Numbered from the stretch's first letter, positions 22,043 through 34,964 are shown. The stretch is 52,610 nt of DNA from Candidatus Methylomirabilia bacterium (GCA_041496385.1 JBGQEL010000023.1:1-52610), one strand, 5' to 3'. The notes: generated from the letters alone by a model not told the origin. Translations and numbers: made by a program.

Positions 22043-23043
22043 GACGCCAGGGCCCAGTCCGGAATGGCGTTGAGCGTCAGCGCCGCACGCTCTCCCGCCC
22101 GGAGGCGCTCCGTCCCCGCGGCGGTGATCATCGCGGCGTTGTCCGTGCAGAGCCGGGGAGGCGGAACGTGAAGCGTCAGCCCGTGGCCGGCGGCTTCGGC
22201 GGCGAGACTGGCGCGGAGTGGGCCGTTTGCGGCGACCCCGCCCGTCAGCACCAGGCGCTTCACTCCGAGGTGCAGCGCAGCCCGCACCGCCTTTCGCACG
22301 AGCATCTTGACGACCGCCGCCTGGAAGGCGGCGGCGACATCGGCGACCTCCTGGCCCGACAGCGGCGCGTGTCGCTTGACGTGGAGCGACACCGACGTCT
22401 TGATGCCGCTGAAGGAGAAGTCGGGCGCCCGGTCCGTCATGTGGGCGAGGGGGAACACGGTGGCCTTCGGGTCGCCCGCAATGGCCGTCTTCTCGATGAT
22501 CGGCCCCCCCGGAAAGCCGAGGCCGAGAAGCTTCGCGACCTTGTCGAACGCCTCGCCGGCGGCGTCATCGCGCGTCTGGCCGATCAGCGCGTACTCGAGG
22601 GGCGCCCGGGCATGGTACAGCGCGGTGTGGCCGCCCGAGACCACGAGCGCGAGAAACGGGTGTGTTGGGGGATCGTCGGTGAGAAATGCGGCGTAGATGT
22701 GGCCCTCGAGGTGATTCACGCCGACCAGGGGCGTGCCGTGGACATAGGCCAGCGACTTCGCCACGGCGCAGCCCACGAGGAGGGAGCCGACCAATCCCGG
22801 TCCCTGGGTGACTGCGATGCCGTCCAGGTCGGGCAGGCGCACGCCCGCGTCGGCGAGCGCTTTCTCGACGACCGGCACGATGACTTCGAGGTGCCGTCGC
22901 GAGGCGAGCTCGGGGACGACGCCGCCGTAAGGGGCGTGGATGGCGTCCTGCGAGGCCACGACGCTGGACAGCACCCGACGCCCGTCGGCGAGCACCGCCG
23001 CCGCCGTCTCGTCGCACGAGCTCTCGATCCCCAGAACGACCAT
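22039..23043 (-). CDS. tsaD: tRNA t6A37 threonylcarbamoyltransferase TsaD
   Basis: LGIESSCDET, GGVVPELASRRH, VNHLEGH, VSGGHT, TRDDAAGEAFDK, FSFSGIKT, CTDNAAMI. Confidence 0.97.
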   Translation of the reverse strand: MVVLGIESSCDETAAAVLADGRRVLSSVVASQDAIHAPYGGVVPELASRRHLEVIVPVVEKALADAGVRLPDLDGIAVTQGPGLVGSLLVGCAVAKSLAYVHGTPLVGVNHLEGHIYAAFLTDDPPTHPFLALVVSGGHTALYHARAPLEYALIGQTRDDAAGEAFDKVAKLLGLGFPGGPIIEKTAIAGDPKATVFPLAHMTDRAPDFSFSGIKTSVSLHVKRHAPLSGQEVADVAAAFQAAVVKMLVRKAVRAALHLGVKRLVLTGGVAANGPLRASLAAEAAGHGLTLHVPPPRLCTDNAAMITAAGTERLRAGERAALTLNAIPDWALAS

Positions 23044-23080
23044 CCCGCCGCGCGTTCCCCCTCGTCCGCAGAAACAGCGA

Positions 23081-23115
23081 GGGCGATGCGGCCGCAGCGC
23101 CGGCCCGCATCGCCC
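23081..23115. other. Intergenic GC-rich stem-loop between ctpA and tsaD
   Basis: GGGCGATGCGG (23081-91) pairs with CCGCATCGCCC (23105-15); there is no U-tract. Confidence 0.5.
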
Positions 23116-23134
23116 CCTGGAGCCCGCGGATCCC

Positions 23135-24373
23135 TTACTGCGGCCGGGCCTGGACCTGCGGTCCCGGACGCTGCTGCTCGATGATGCGCATCGTCTTGAT
23201 CACGTCGATCGCCCGCTGGACCTGGACGTCCTTTCGAAGCTCCTCCATCGGGTCGAGCACGGGCTGCATCCGGTCGCGCGCCGTCTGGTCCTTCGGCATT
23301 TCGACCACGATGTCGGGGGTGATGCCTTTGCCGTGGATCGATCGGCCCTTCGGCGTGTAGTACTTCGCCGTCGTGAGCCGCAGCCCGGAGCCGTCGGAGA
23401 GGGGGATGATCGTCTGGACCGAGCCCTTGCCGAAGGTTTGCGTGCCGACGATGATGGCGCGGCCCCAATCCTGGAGCGCGCCGGCGACGATCTCCGACGC
23501 CGAGGCGCTGCCCTGGTTGACCAGGACGACCATCGGCAGGCCAGGATAGGACTTCTTCGCGTGCGCGGAGAAGCGCATGTTCTGGTTCCGCACGCGGCCC
23601 TCGGTGTAGACGACGAGCTTGCCGTCGTCGATGAACTCCTCGGTGATCTCGACCGCGGCCGTCAGCAGCCCGCCGGGGTTGTTTCGGAGGTCGAGAACGA
23701 GCGCTTTCATACCCGCCTTGGACGCCTTCTCGAGCCCGGCGGCCATGTCACCCGGCGACTGCTCCTGGAACTGGCGAAGCTTGAGGTATGCGATACCGCC
23801 GCCCAGGTCGGCCGCGCGCACCGATTGCACCCGGATCTGCTCGCGCGAGATGTCGAAGTCCTTCGGCTCGGTCCAGCCCTCGCGCACGATGGTGATCGTC
23901 ACCTTGGTGCCGGGCTTTCCACGCATGCGCTTGACGGCGTCGGAGAGCTGCATGTCCTTCGTCGAGAGACCGTCGATCTTGACGATGCGGTCACCCGTCT
24001 GGAGCCCCACGCGGTAGGCGGGCGTCCCCTCGATGGGCGAGACCACCGTCAGGATGTCGTCCTTCAGCGTGATCTCGATACCGAGGCCGCCGAAGCTTCC
24101 TGACGTCTCCACCTGCATCTCGCGGTAGCTCTCGGGATCGAGGAACGAGCTGTGGGGATCGAGGCCGCGCAGGGTCCCCTTGATGGCGCTGTAGATCAGG
24201 TCTTTCGGCGGCACCTCGTCCACGTACTGGTTCTGGACGATCGAGAGGACTTCGGTGAACAGCCGGAGCTGCTCGTAGGTCGCGCCGCTGTCCGTCCCCT
24301 TGCTCACCGCCGACCCGCCGAGCGAGAGCGTCAGCACGAGGAGCAGCGCGCCGATCACGAACACCTTCTTCAT
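23135..24373 (-). CDS. ctpA: Carboxyl-terminal processing protease (S41A, PDZ)
   Basis: LDPHS, FGGLGIEI, LDLRNNPGGLL, SASASEIVAGALQD, TFGKGSVQ, TTAKYYTP. Confidence 0.93.
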   Translation of the reverse strand: MKKVFVIGALLLVLTLSLGGSAVSKGTDSGATYEQLRLFTEVLSIVQNQYVDEVPPKDLIYSAIKGTLRGLDPHSSFLDPESYREMQVETSGSFGGLGIEITLKDDILTVVSPIEGTPAYRVGLQTGDRIVKIDGLSTKDMQLSDAVKRMRGKPGTKVTITIVREGWTEPKDFDISREQIRVQSVRAADLGGGIAYLKLRQFQEQSPGDMAAGLEKASKAGMKALVLDLRNNPGGLLTAAVEITEEFIDDGKLVVYTEGRVRNQNMRFSAHAKKSYPGLPMVVLVNQGSASASEIVAGALQDWGRAIIVGTQTFGKGSVQTIIPLSDGSGLRLTTAKYYTPKGRSIHGKGITPDIVVEMPKDQTARDRMQPVLDPMEELRKDVQVQRAIDVIKTMRIIEQQRPGPQVQARPQ

Positions 24374-24400
24374 GGGGTCCCCCTCATCCGGAAATCCACC

Positions 24401-25609
24401 CTACCCCCGCTGGCGGAGCCACTCCGCCGGGTCCTGGGCCTTGCCCTGGTAACGCACCTCAAAGTATAGCCGAGGTCCGGCGAGCGACCCGGTGTCGCCG
24501 ACGGTGCCGATCCGCTGTCCCTGCCTCACGTCCTCGCCCTCCTTCACCTCGATGTCGGCGACGTGGGCGTAGAGCGTGTAGTACTCGTTGCCGTGATCCA
24601 GGATGATCAGGTTCCCGTAGCCCTTGAACCATCCCGTGTAGATCACGTGGCCGGCGTAGACCGCCGCCACGTCCTTGCCTTCGGGCGCCTCGATGTCGAC
24701 GCCGTTGCGAAACGTCCGCGTTCCGAACCGAGGATGCACCTGGGCCCCGTAGGACGCCACGATGCGGCCCTCGGTCGGCCACGGAAGCCGGCCGCGCAGG
24801 CCGCCGAACCCGACCCCCGGCGGCTCGACGCCGCCCTTGGGCGGCGGCACCTTCGCCAGCTTCTTCTGCTTCGCCTGGAGCTCGTGGATGAACGTCTCGA
24901 GACGTCTCGCGGCCTCGGTGAGCTCGCCCACCATGCGCTCGTGGTAGGCACGCTCGTCACGTACCTTGGCGAGCAGCGTGCGCCGCCTGGCGGCCTCGAG
25001 GTCCACCTCGGCCTGTTCGCGCTGGGCGTCCGCGTGGAGGCCCGCCAGCTCGCGCTGGCGCGTTTCCTCGCGACCCTTTCGGTCGGCCAGCTTGTCCGAG
25101 GTCACACGATACTCCTGGATCAGGCGAGCGTCCAGGGCGGCCAGGCTCGTGAGGTGCCGGACGGCCGCCGCGCGCGCGACCGGATCGTCGTTGCTCAGGA
25201 TGACCGGGAGCGCGCCCCCCTGGGCGTGCACGCGGTACATCGCGCGGAGTCGCCGCGCGAGGGCCTCTTCCTGCCCCGAGCGCTGGCCTTCCAGGCGCCC
25301 GATCTCCCCGCGCAGGGCGGCGATGTCGGCCTGCGTGCGCTTGATCCGCCCCTCGAGGCGCTGGACCTCGGCCTGCTTCTCCGCCAGGCGTCGCTCGATC
25401 TGCTCGAGCTCGGCGAGCAGCGAGGTTTCGCGCGCACGGGCTGCGGCGGCCTTCGCCCGCTCCTCCTTGATGCGTTGCTGGGTCTGCTGGAGCTTCTTTT
25501 GCTCGCTGGCGACCGGGTCCTCCCGCTTCTGCTGTGCGCCCGCCGGCGCTGTCGCGAACACCGTGAGAGCCAGGGCCAACAGGGCCAGGAGGGTTCCCAC
25601 TCCCTTCAT
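24401..25609 (-). CDS. envC: Murein hydrolase activator EnvC (coiled coil + degenerate M23 domain)
   Basis: Signal peptide MKGVG..., long coiled coil, GRLPWP, GYGNLIILDHG, LYFEVR; lies downstream of ftsEX. Confidence 0.9.
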   Translation of the reverse strand: MKGVGTLLALLALALTVFATAPAGAQQKREDPVASEQKKLQQTQQRIKEERAKAAAARARETSLLAELEQIERRLAEKQAEVQRLEGRIKRTQADIAALRGEIGRLEGQRSGQEEALARRLRAMYRVHAQGGALPVILSNDDPVARAAAVRHLTSLAALDARLIQEYRVTSDKLADRKGREETRQRELAGLHADAQREQAEVDLEAARRRTLLAKVRDERAYHERMVGELTEAARRLETFIHELQAKQKKLAKVPPPKGGVEPPGVGFGGLRGRLPWPTEGRIVASYGAQVHPRFGTRTFRNGVDIEAPEGKDVAAVYAGHVIYTGWFKGYGNLIILDHGNEYYTLYAHVADIEVKEGEDVRQGQRIGTVGDTGSLAGPRLYFEVRYQGKAQDPAEWLRQRG

Positions 25610-26493
25610 CGCGCGTCCGATCTCGTCCGCGCGAGCCAGCCGCCGAGCCCGCCCAGCAGCGTGCCGGCGACCAGCAGCGCCACCAGACTCGCCGGCGGCA
25701 GAAACGCGACGTGGGGCAGACCGAGCGTGATGTTGACGAGCGGCTCCAGGCGCGGCGCGACCAGCTCGTGCGTCGCGACGAGGACGGCGAGCGCCAGGGC
25801 GGCGCCGACAAGCCCCTGCATCATCCCTTGCAGGAGCAGCGGCAGCCGGATCGCCGACTCCGGCGCTCCGACCAGACGCATGATCTCGGTCTCGTGGCGG
25901 CGCGCATGCAGGATCAGTGTCGTCGCCGTCGTCACGGTGAGGATCGCGGCGAGCCCGAGGACCGCGCCGATCCCGAGGCCGATCGTGGTGACGAGTCGCT
26001 GCCATTGCGAGAGACGCTCGACCCAGTCGGCGCTCCCCGCCACCTCGTCGGCCTCGGGCAGCGCCTGGAGCCTCGCCAGGAGGGCGCGCGCGCCCTCCGG
26101 CGTGGCGGCCTCCGCCGCTGGCGCCACTTCGAGCGACGCGGGGAGCGGGTTCGAGGGAAGCTGTGCAACGACGCTCGCGTCGCGGCCGAGGACCTCCCTC
26201 AGCGATCGGAGGGCGTCCGTCTTGCTGATGTAGACGACACCCGCCACGCCGGGCACGCTCTCGACGCGATCGATCAGCGCCTGCATCTCGCCCGCGCCGG
26301 GCTCCCGCTTGAGGTAGACGATGATCCGGACCCGCTCGCGCCAGTTCGCGACCGCCCTCGCGAGGTTCGAGGAGAGCAACCAGAAGCCGCCGAGCGCGGC
26401 CAGCGAGAGTGTGATGAGCACGATGGCGCTGACGGCCACGCGACCCGCACGCCGCAGATCGCGGATGGCCTCACCGATGAGGAAGACGAGCAC
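25606..26493 (-). CDS. ftsX: Cell division permease FtsX
   Basis: 4 TMs, NPLPASLEV, RRHETEIMRLVGA; adjacent to ftsE. Confidence 0.9.
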   Translation of the reverse strand: MLVFLIGEAIRDLRRAGRVAVSAIVLITLSLAALGGFWLLSSNLARAVANWRERVRIIVYLKREPGAGEMQALIDRVESVPGVAGVVYISKTDALRSLREVLGRDASVVAQLPSNPLPASLEVAPAAEAATPEGARALLARLQALPEADEVAGSADWVERLSQWQRLVTTIGLGIGAVLGLAAILTVTTATTLILHARRHETEIMRLVGAPESAIRLPLLLQGMMQGLVGAALALAVLVATHELVAPRLEPLVNITLGLPHVAFLPPASLVALLVAGTLLGGLGGWLARTRSDAR

Positions 26494-26496
26494 GCC

Positions 26497-27168
26497 CTAG
26501 CCCTCGTCCTTCACGACGCGGCCGCCCTCGAGCGTGACCGTCCGGCGGTGGAGCGCCTGGACGAGGCGGGCCTGATGGGTGGCGAGGACGACGGTCGTTC
26601 CGCCCGCCCAGATGTCCTTGATGACGTCGATGATTTCGGCCTCCATGGCGTCGTCGAGGTTTCCCGTCGGCTCGTCGGCGAGCAGAAGCGAGGGTTTCCG
26701 CACGATCGCGCGCGCGAGCGACGCGCGCTGGGCCTCGCCCTGCGAGAGCTGTGCCGGATAGGCCTGGGCGCGCGCGGAGATCCCGACCACGCGGAGCGCG
26801 TCGAACACGCGCTGCGTGATCTCCCGACGGGGCGTGCCGAGGACGCGCAGGACGAAGGCCACGTTCTCGTAGACCGTGCGCGCGGGCAGGAGCTTCGCGT
26901 CCTGGAACACGACACCGATCGAGCGGCGGAGCGCCGCCACCTGCGAGCGACGGAGGGCGCCGACCTCGTGGCCGAGGACCTCGACCTCGCCCTCGCTCGG
27001 CAGGTCGTCGCGGTACAAAAGGCGGAGCAGCGTCGTCTTGCCCGCTCCGGAGGCGCCGGTGAGTACGACGAACTCACCCTTGCCGATGCGGAACGAGACA
27101 TCGGTCAGCGCGGGGACTTTCACCGGCCCGACCGAAAACACCTTGGAAACTCGGTGGAGCTCAATCAT
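26497..27168 (-). CDS. ftsE: Cell division ATP-binding protein FtsE
   Basis: GASGAGKTT, LRRSIGVVFQD, LSQGEAQR, LLADEPTGNLD. TATAAT at 27182-27187 upstream. Alternative GTG start at 27177. Confidence 0.93.
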   Translation of the reverse strand: MIELHRVSKVFSVGPVKVPALTDVSFRIGKGEFVVLTGASGAGKTTLLRLLYRDDLPSEGEVEVLGHEVGALRRSQVAALRRSIGVVFQDAKLLPARTVYENVAFVLRVLGTPRREITQRVFDALRVVGISARAQAYPAQLSQGEAQRASLARAIVRKPSLLLADEPTGNLDDAMEAEIIDVIKDIWAGGTTVVLATHQARLVQALHRRTVTLEGGRVVKDEG

Positions 27169-27197
27169 GGCGGGCACTTTGATTATAGCGGCCCGCC

Positions 27198-28661
27198 TCA
27201 GGTTTTCGAGAGCTTCTCCTCCAGGAGACGGTTCACGATCGCGGGGTTCGCTTTACCCTGGGTTGCCTTCATGACCTGCCCGACGAGGGCCTTGGCGGCC
27301 GCCGTCTTGCCCTTCCGGTAGTCCTCGATCGCCCTCGGATTGTCCGCCATGACCCGATCCACGATCGCGGCGAGCGTCGACTCGTCGGCGAGCTGGGTCA
27401 GGCCCTCGCGGGCGACGATCGCCTGCGCGTCCTCGCCGGCGGCGAACATCTTCTGGAAGACGTCCTTGGCGATCTTGCCGCTGATCGTGCCATCCTCGAT
27501 GAGCCGGAGGAGGCCCGCGAGGCGCGCGGGGGTGATCGGGGCGTGGCGAATCGCGCGCTCGTCGTCGCCCGGCAGCTCGCGGAGGAGCTCGGACATGATC
27601 CAGTTCGAGACGAGCTTCGGCCGCGGAAACTCGCGCGCCGTGGCCTCGAAGTAGTCGGCGAGCGCACGCGACTGGGTGAGCAGCTCGGCATCGTACGCCG
27701 GCAACTCGTACTGACCCACGAATCGGCGCCTGCGCTGCCGCGGGAGCTCCGGCAGCTCGGCGCGGATCGCAGTCACCCAGGCGCGGTCGATCTCGAGCGG
27801 CACGAGATCCGGCTCGGGGAAATATCGGTAGTCGTGGGCGAACTCCTTCGAGCGCATCGCGCGCGTCCAGCCGCGGTCGGCGTCCCACAGCCGTGTCTCC
27901 TGCACGATGCGCTCGCCCGCCTCGAGCGCCTCCGCCTGGCGCCTGACCTCGAACTCGAGGGCGCGCTGGACGTTCTTGAACGAGTTCATGTTCTTGATCT
28001 CGACCTTGGTGCCGAACTCTCGGCTGCCGCGCGGGCGCAGCGAAACGTTCGCGTCACAGCGGAGTGAGCCCTCCTCCATGTTGCCGTCGCAGACGCCCAG
28101 GTACAGGAGCACGGCGCGGAAGGCGCGCAGATACGCCGCCGCCGCCGCCGGCGAGCGGAGCTCGGGCTTCGAGACCGTCTCCATGAGCGCGACGCCCGAG
28201 CGGTTGTAGTCGACCAGGCTGGCCTGGGCCGTCTCGAGCGTGCCCTCGTGGAGCAGCTTGCCGACGTCCTCCTCCAGGTGGAGTCGCTGGATGCCGATGG
28301 TACGGGACGCGCCGTCGACGTCGATCTCGAGCGCACCCTCTTCGGCGAGCGGCTCCTCGTACTGGCTGATCTGGAAGTTCTTCGGCATGTCCGGGTAGTA
28401 GTAGTGCTTGCGCGCGAACCGGCACATGGGGTTGACGCGACAGTCAAACGCCAGCGCGGTCTTGATCCCGAATTCGACGGCGCGGCGATTGAGGACGGGC
28501 AAGACGCCGGGCATCCCCTGGCATACCGGACATGTCTGACTGTTCGGGGCGGCCCCGTACGTCGTCGCGCAGCCGCAGAACATCTTCGAGCGCGTGAGGA
28601 GCTGCGCGTGGACCTCGAGCCCGATCACGATTTCCCACGCGGTCCCGACCGCCACGCTCAT
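27198..28661 (-). CDS. gatB: Asp/Glu-tRNA amidotransferase subunit B
   Basis: [54 protein letters not shown]. Confidence 0.97.
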   Translation of the reverse strand: MSVAVGTAWEIVIGLEVHAQLLTRSKMFCGCATTYGAAPNSQTCPVCQGMPGVLPVLNRRAVEFGIKTALAFDCRVNPMCRFARKHYYYPDMPKNFQISQYEEPLAEEGALEIDVDGASRTIGIQRLHLEEDVGKLLHEGTLETAQASLVDYNRSGVALMETVSKPELRSPAAAAAYLRAFRAVLLYLGVCDGNMEEGSLRCDANVSLRPRGSREFGTKVEIKNMNSFKNVQRALEFEVRRQAEALEAGERIVQETRLWDADRGWTRAMRSKEFAHDYRYFPEPDLVPLEIDRAWVTAIRAELPELPRQRRRRFVGQYELPAYDAELLTQSRALADYFEATAREFPRPKLVSNWIMSELLRELPGDDERAIRHAPITPARLAGLLRLIEDGTISGKIAKDVFQKMFAAGEDAQAIVAREGLTQLADESTLAAIVDRVMADNPRAIEDYRKGKTAAAKALVGQVMKATQGKANPAIVNRLLEEKLSKT

Positions 28662-30112
28662 GGAAGCCTCGGCCTCCGCGCGTGCCACGTCGTCGCCTGT
28701 TCGTAGGCGTGAGCCGCGCGAAGCATCGTCGACTCGTCGAGGGCCTTCCCGATGAACTGGAGTCCGATCGGGAGCCCCTGGGCGCTGAATCCGCAGGGCA
28801 CCGAGATCGCCGGAAGCCCCGTCATGTTCGCCGGGACCGCGAAGATGTCGTTCAGGTACATCGAGAGCGGGTCTCCCTTTTCCCCGTGCTTGAAGGCGAC
28901 GTTGGGTGTCGTCGGCGCGACGATCAGATCCACGCGACCGAACACCGCGTCAAAGTCACGACGAACGAGCGTCCGCACCTTCTGCGCCCGCCCGTAGTAC
29001 GCGTCGTAGTAGCCCGCCGAGAGCACGTACGTACCGAGCATGATCCGGCGCTTGACCTCGGCGCCGAAGCCTGCCGCCCGCGTGCGGCTCGACATCTCGA
29101 TGAGATCCTTCGCTCCGGCGGCGCGCAGGCCGTACTTCACCCCGTCGTACCGCGCGAGGTTCGAGGAGGCCTCGGCGGGCGCGATCACGTAGTAGGTGGC
29201 GAGCGCGTGGCGCGTCGTCGGGAGCGAAACCTTCTCGATCGTGGCGCCGAGGCCTCGCAGCACGTCCACCGCGGCGCGTACGGCTCCCTCGACCTCGGGG
29301 TCCATGCCCTCGATGAAGTACTCGTCGGGAATACCGAGTCTCAGCCGCTGCACGCCCCCTGACAGCGCCGCGACGTAGTCCGGCACGGGCGCGTCCAGTG
29401 ACGTCGCGTCGCGCGGGTCCCAACCGGCGATGGCCCCGAGCAGGAGTGCCGCGTCGGTGACGTCTCTCGCGAACGGGCCGATCTGATCGAGTGAGGAGCC
29501 GAACGCGACGAGTCCGTAGCGCGATACGCGTCCATACGTCGGCTTGAGCCCCACGATCCCGCAGAATGCGGCGGGCTGGCGGATCGAGCCGCCCGTGTCG
29601 GTGCCGAGCCCCCCCGCGGCGAGGCCGGCGGCGACCGCGGCGGCCGGGCCGCCCGAGGAGCCGCCCGGAACGCGCGCCAGGTCCCAGGGGTTGCGAGTCG
29701 GCTTGAACGCCGAGTACTCGGTGGACGAGCCCATGGCGAACTCGTCCATGTTGCCCTTGCCGAGCATCACCGCCCCCGCGGCGGCGAGACGCTCGACGAC
29801 CGTCGCGTCGTAGGGCGGGACGAAGGTCTCCAGCATCCGGGAGCCGCACGTGGTCCGGACGTCGCGGGTGCAGAGCACGTCCTTGTAGTTGAGCGGCGCG
29901 CCGTCGAGCGGCCCCAGTGGCGCGCCCGCCCGGTAGCGCGCGTCCGATTCGGCCGCCGCGCGCAACGCGTGCTCACCCGTGATCGTGAGGTAGCCGCCGA
30001 TCCGGCCATCGAGCTCCGCGATCCGCGCGAGGTAGGCTTCGGTCACGGCCGTGGGCGTGGTCGCGCCCCGGCGGTAGGCGGAGGTCAGCTGGTGGATCGG
30101 CTGCCCGATCAC
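28658..30112 (-). CDS. gatA: Asp/Glu-tRNA amidotransferase subunit A
   Basis: [50 protein letters not shown]. Confidence 0.97.
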   Translation of the reverse strand: MIGQPIHQLTSAYRRGATTPTAVTEAYLARIAELDGRIGGYLTITGEHALRAAAESDARYRAGAPLGPLDGAPLNYKDVLCTRDVRTTCGSRMLETFVPPYDATVVERLAAAGAVMLGKGNMDEFAMGSSTEYSAFKPTRNPWDLARVPGGSSGGPAAAVAAGLAAGGLGTDTGGSIRQPAAFCGIVGLKPTYGRVSRYGLVAFGSSLDQIGPFARDVTDAALLLGAIAGWDPRDATSLDAPVPDYVAALSGGVQRLRLGIPDEYFIEGMDPEVEGAVRAAVDVLRGLGATIEKVSLPTTRHALATYYVIAPAEASSNLARYDGVKYGLRAAGAKDLIEMSSRTRAAGFGAEVKRRIMLGTYVLSAGYYDAYYGRAQKVRTLVRRDFDAVFGRVDLIVAPTTPNVAFKHGEKGDPLSMYLNDIFAVPANMTGLPAISVPCGFSAQGLPIGLQFIGKALDESTMLRAAHAYEQATTWHARRPRLP

Positions 30113-30114
30113 GC

Positions 30115-30402
30115 TCAGTCCTCGATGATCCGGGGCACGCGAAAGAGCTCGCCGACACGGTCGGGCGCGTTCCGCAGCATCTCGTCCTGCGGGAAGCTCG
30201 GGACGACGGCGTCATCGCGCATCACGTTGACCCGCGGCACGGCGTGCGACGTCGGCTCCACGCCGGTGACGTCGAGCTCCTTCAGACGCTCGATGTAGTC
30301 CAGGATGGCGTTGAGCTGCTCGCGCATGCGCTCGAGCTCCGCGTCCGCGAGCTCGAGCCGCGCGAGCCTCGCCACGTGGAGGACGTCCTCACGGCTGATC
30401 AT
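30115..30402 (-). CDS. gatC: Asp/Glu-tRNA amidotransferase subunit C
   Basis: [15 protein letters not shown]...VEPTSH...FRVPRII. Confidence 0.95.
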   Translation of the reverse strand: MISREDVLHVARLARLELADAELERMREQLNAILDYIERLKELDVTGVEPTSHAVPRVNVMRDDAVVPSFPQDEMLRNAPDRVGELFRVPRIIED

Positions 30403-30421
30403 TGTCGCCCCACTCGCGCCA

Positions 30422-32581
30422 TCAGATCTCTTCGAGCTGGGCGTACTGGAGCGAGAGCTGCTTGCGTCCGACCGACGCGAAACGCACGGTCACGAGGGTA
30501 TCGGCGCCGCTCCGCTCGACACCGACCACGAGCCCCTCGCCCCAGCGTCCGTGACGGACGCGCGCGCCGACCTTCAGCGGGAAATCGTCGCCCGCCGCGT
30601 CGAGCGTTGGCTCGTCGACATCCACCGCCCGCCGCGCCTCGACGCGGCCGGCGGCGCCGAGGAGGATCAATTGGTCCTCGGGCATCTCGAGGAGAAAGCG
30701 CGAGGGCTCGCCGAGCCCGTAGCCGTGCATCCGCCGGTGGAGCGCGTACGAGAGCGCGAGGCGTTCCTTCGCGCGTGTGATCCCGACATAGCAGAGCCGC
30801 CGCTCCTCCTCCACCTCCTCCGTGGAGGCCATCGACCGCGCGTGGGGAAAGACCCCCTCTTCCAGGCCGGTGAGGAAGACGACGGGAAACTCCAGCCCCT
30901 TGGCCGAGTGGAGTGTCATCAGGGTCACGCCGCGGGCGCCGTCGTAAAGCTCGTCGATGTCGCTCACGAGGGCGATGCCGTCGAGGAATCCCTCGAGCGT
31001 GGCCGCATCCTGGCTCCGCGCGTGGTCTTCGACGGCGGCGATCAGTTCCTCCAGGTTCTCGAGCCGAGCCTCGGCCTCCGACGAGCGCTCCTTCCTCAGA
31101 TCGTCGCGGTAGCCGGAGGTGTTCAGCACGTCGTCGACGAGCGCGGGCAGGGCCGCCGTCGCCCGCCGGGCCGCCAGCGTCGCGACGAGGGCCGAGAATT
31201 CCTCGAGGGCACGGCGGGGCTTGCCCGTGACGTCCATGGGCGGCGCCGCGGCGACGGCGAGCAGCGGGCGGCCTTCGCGCGTGGCGAGCTCGTCGAGACG
31301 CACGAGCGTCGCGCGTCCGATGCCGCGCCCCGGCGCCTGCACCGCGCGGCGGAAGGCCACGTCGTCCGCGGGGTTCACGATCAGCCTGAGGTACGCGAGT
31401 GCGTCCTTGATCTCCTTCCGTTCGTAGAACCGCACCGATCCGACGATGGCGTAGGGAATGGCCGCCCGCCGCAGCGCGTCCTCGAGGACGCGCGACTGGG
31501 CGTTCGTCCGGTAGAAGACCGCGACGTCGTGCCAGGCGGCGCCCGCGTTCCGGGCCGACAGGATCCCCTGGGCCACGAAGTTCGCCTCCTCGTGCTCGTC
31601 CCAGGCGCGGTACACCTGCGCGGGTTCGCCCTCGGCGTTCTCGGTCCAGAGCGTCTTCTCCTTGCGGGAGAGGTTGTTGCCGATGACCGCCGCCGCGAGC
31701 GCGAGAATGCGCCTGGTGGATCGGTAGTTCTGCTCGAGCCGGATGACGCGGGTTCCCGGGTAGTCGTTCTCGAAGTCGAGAATGTTGCGGATGTCGGCGC
31801 CGCGCCAGTGATAGATGGACTGGTCGGGGTCACCCACGACGCAGACGTTCCGGTGGACGCCCGTGAGCTGGCGGATGATCCGGTACTGGGCCCGGTTCGT
31901 GTCCTGGTACTCGTCCACGAGCACGTGGGTCCAGACGTCTCGGTACCAGCGGAGCACGTCGGGCGCCTCGTCGAAGAGCCGGACGACCAGGAGCAGCAGA
32001 TCGTCGAAGTCCACGGCCGCGGCGGCGGCGAGGCGCTCCTGGTAGCGGCGGTAGAGCTGGGCGATCTTCTCCTCGCGCGGACCCCGGGACGCTCGCTCGA
32101 CCTCCTCGACCGAGACCATCTGGTTCTTCGCCGCGCTGATCCGGTGGACGAGCGACGCCGGCGTCCATGTCCGGTCGGTCAGGTCCAGCTCGTGCATGCA
32201 GTCCTTCACGAGCGAGAGACGATCGTCCTCGTCATAGATCGTGAAGTGCGAAGGGTACCCGATGTGGCGGATGTGCCGGCGGAGGATCCGCACACACGCA
32301 GAGTGGAACGTGGCGATGAGCGGCGCGCCGATGCCGGCGGGCAGCAGGAGATCGGCGACCCGTCGCGCCATCTCGCCCGCCGCCTTGTTCGTGAAGGTGA
32401 CCGCGAGGACGAGCTTCGGGTCGACGCCGCGAACGCCGAGAAGCCACGCGATCCGGTGCGCGATCACGCGCGTCTTGCCGCTGCCCGCGCCGGCGAGCAC
32501 GAGGAGCGGGCCGTCACCGGCGGTGACCGCCTCGCGCTGTGGCGGGTTCAGGTCGAGCAGGAGAGCCTCGCGATCGAGCAC
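30422..32581 (-). CDS. pcrA: UvrD/PcrA SF1 DNA helicase
   Basis: LNPPQ, LAGAGSGKT, TFTNKAA, VDEYQDTN, VGDPDQSIY, LEQNYRST, MTLHSAKGLEF, EERRLCYVGITRA and a C-terminal Tudor-like RNAP-binding domain. Start GTG 32581. Confidence 0.95.
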   Translation of the reverse strand: MLDREALLLDLNPPQREAVTAGDGPLLVLAGAGSGKTRVIAHRIAWLLGVRGVDPKLVLAVTFTNKAAGEMARRVADLLLPAGIGAPLIATFHSACVRILRRHIRHIGYPSHFTIYDEDDRLSLVKDCMHELDLTDRTWTPASLVHRISAAKNQMVSVEEVERASRGPREEKIAQLYRRYQERLAAAAAVDFDDLLLLVVRLFDEAPDVLRWYRDVWTHVLVDEYQDTNRAQYRIIRQLTGVHRNVCVVGDPDQSIYHWRGADIRNILDFENDYPGTRVIRLEQNYRSTRRILALAAAVIGNNLSRKEKTLWTENAEGEPAQVYRAWDEHEEANFVAQGILSARNAGAAWHDVAVFYRTNAQSRVLEDALRRAAIPYAIVGSVRFYERKEIKDALAYLRLIVNPADDVAFRRAVQAPGRGIGRATLVRLDELATREGRPLLAVAAAPPMDVTGKPRRALEEFSALVATLAARRATAALPALVDDVLNTSGYRDDLRKERSSEAEARLENLEELIAAVEDHARSQDAATLEGFLDGIALVSDIDELYDGARGVTLMTLHSAKGLEFPVVFLTGLEEGVFPHARSMASTEEVEEERRLCYVGITRAKERLALSYALHRRMHGYGLGEPSRFLLEMPEDQLILLGAAGRVEARRAVDVDEPTLDAAGDDFPLKVGARVRHGRWGEGLVVGVERSGADTLVTVRFASVGRKQLSLQYAQLEEI

Positions 32582-32609
32582 CTCGCGATTGTACCGTATG
32601 CTCACCGTG
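32582..32609. promoter_or_regulatory. Back-to-back -10 elements (bidirectional, probably leaderless promoters)
   Basis: TACAAT (minus, 32588-93) is 6 nt before the pcrA GTG; TATGCT (plus, 32597-602) is 7 nt before the macro-domain ATG. Confidence 0.6.
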
Positions 32610-33119
32610 ATGAACGACCGCGTACGGCTGATTCTCGACGACATCACCCGGCTCGAGGTCGACGCGATCGTCAACGCCGCGAACCGAACGCTCCGCGGGG
32701 GAGGCGGTGTGGACGGCGCCATCCACCGGGCTGCGGGACCCGGGCTCGACGAGGAGTGCCGCGCGCTCGGGGGCTGCGAGACCGGGCAGGCCAAGCTGAC
32801 CCGCGGTCACCGTCTACTCGCCGGCTGGGTCATCCACGCGGTTGGGCCGATCTGGCGGGGAGGCGCCGAGGGCGAAGACGAGTTGCTGGCATCGTGCTAC
32901 CGGGCGTGCCTCACGATCGCCGCCGAGCGCCGCTTCGGATCGATCGCGTTCCCGGCGATCAGCTGCGGGATCTACGGCTATCCGATTCCCCGAGCCTGCG
33001 GGATCGCCGCGGGTGAGATCCAGGCGTTCCTGCGCGTCAGTCCCTACCCGCAGCGGGTCGTGCTCGCCTGCTTCGAGCCGCGGATCCACGCGGAATACAC
33101 AAGGATCCTCGGCGCCTAG
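32610..33119 (+). CDS. Macro-domain O-acetyl-ADP-ribose deacetylase (YmdB-like)
   Basis: DITRLEVDAIVNAAN..LRGGGGVDGAIHRAAG, VIHAVGP, IAFPAISCGIYGYP. Confidence 0.93.
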   Translation: MNDRVRLILDDITRLEVDAIVNAANRTLRGGGGVDGAIHRAAGPGLDEECRALGGCETGQAKLTRGHRLLAGWVIHAVGPIWRGGAEGEDELLASCYRACLTIAAERRFGSIAFPAISCGIYGYPIPRACGIAAGEIQAFLRVSPYPQRVVLACFEPRIHAEYTRILGA

Positions 33120-33125
33120 AGCCCG

Positions 33126-34964
<1,839 letters not shown>

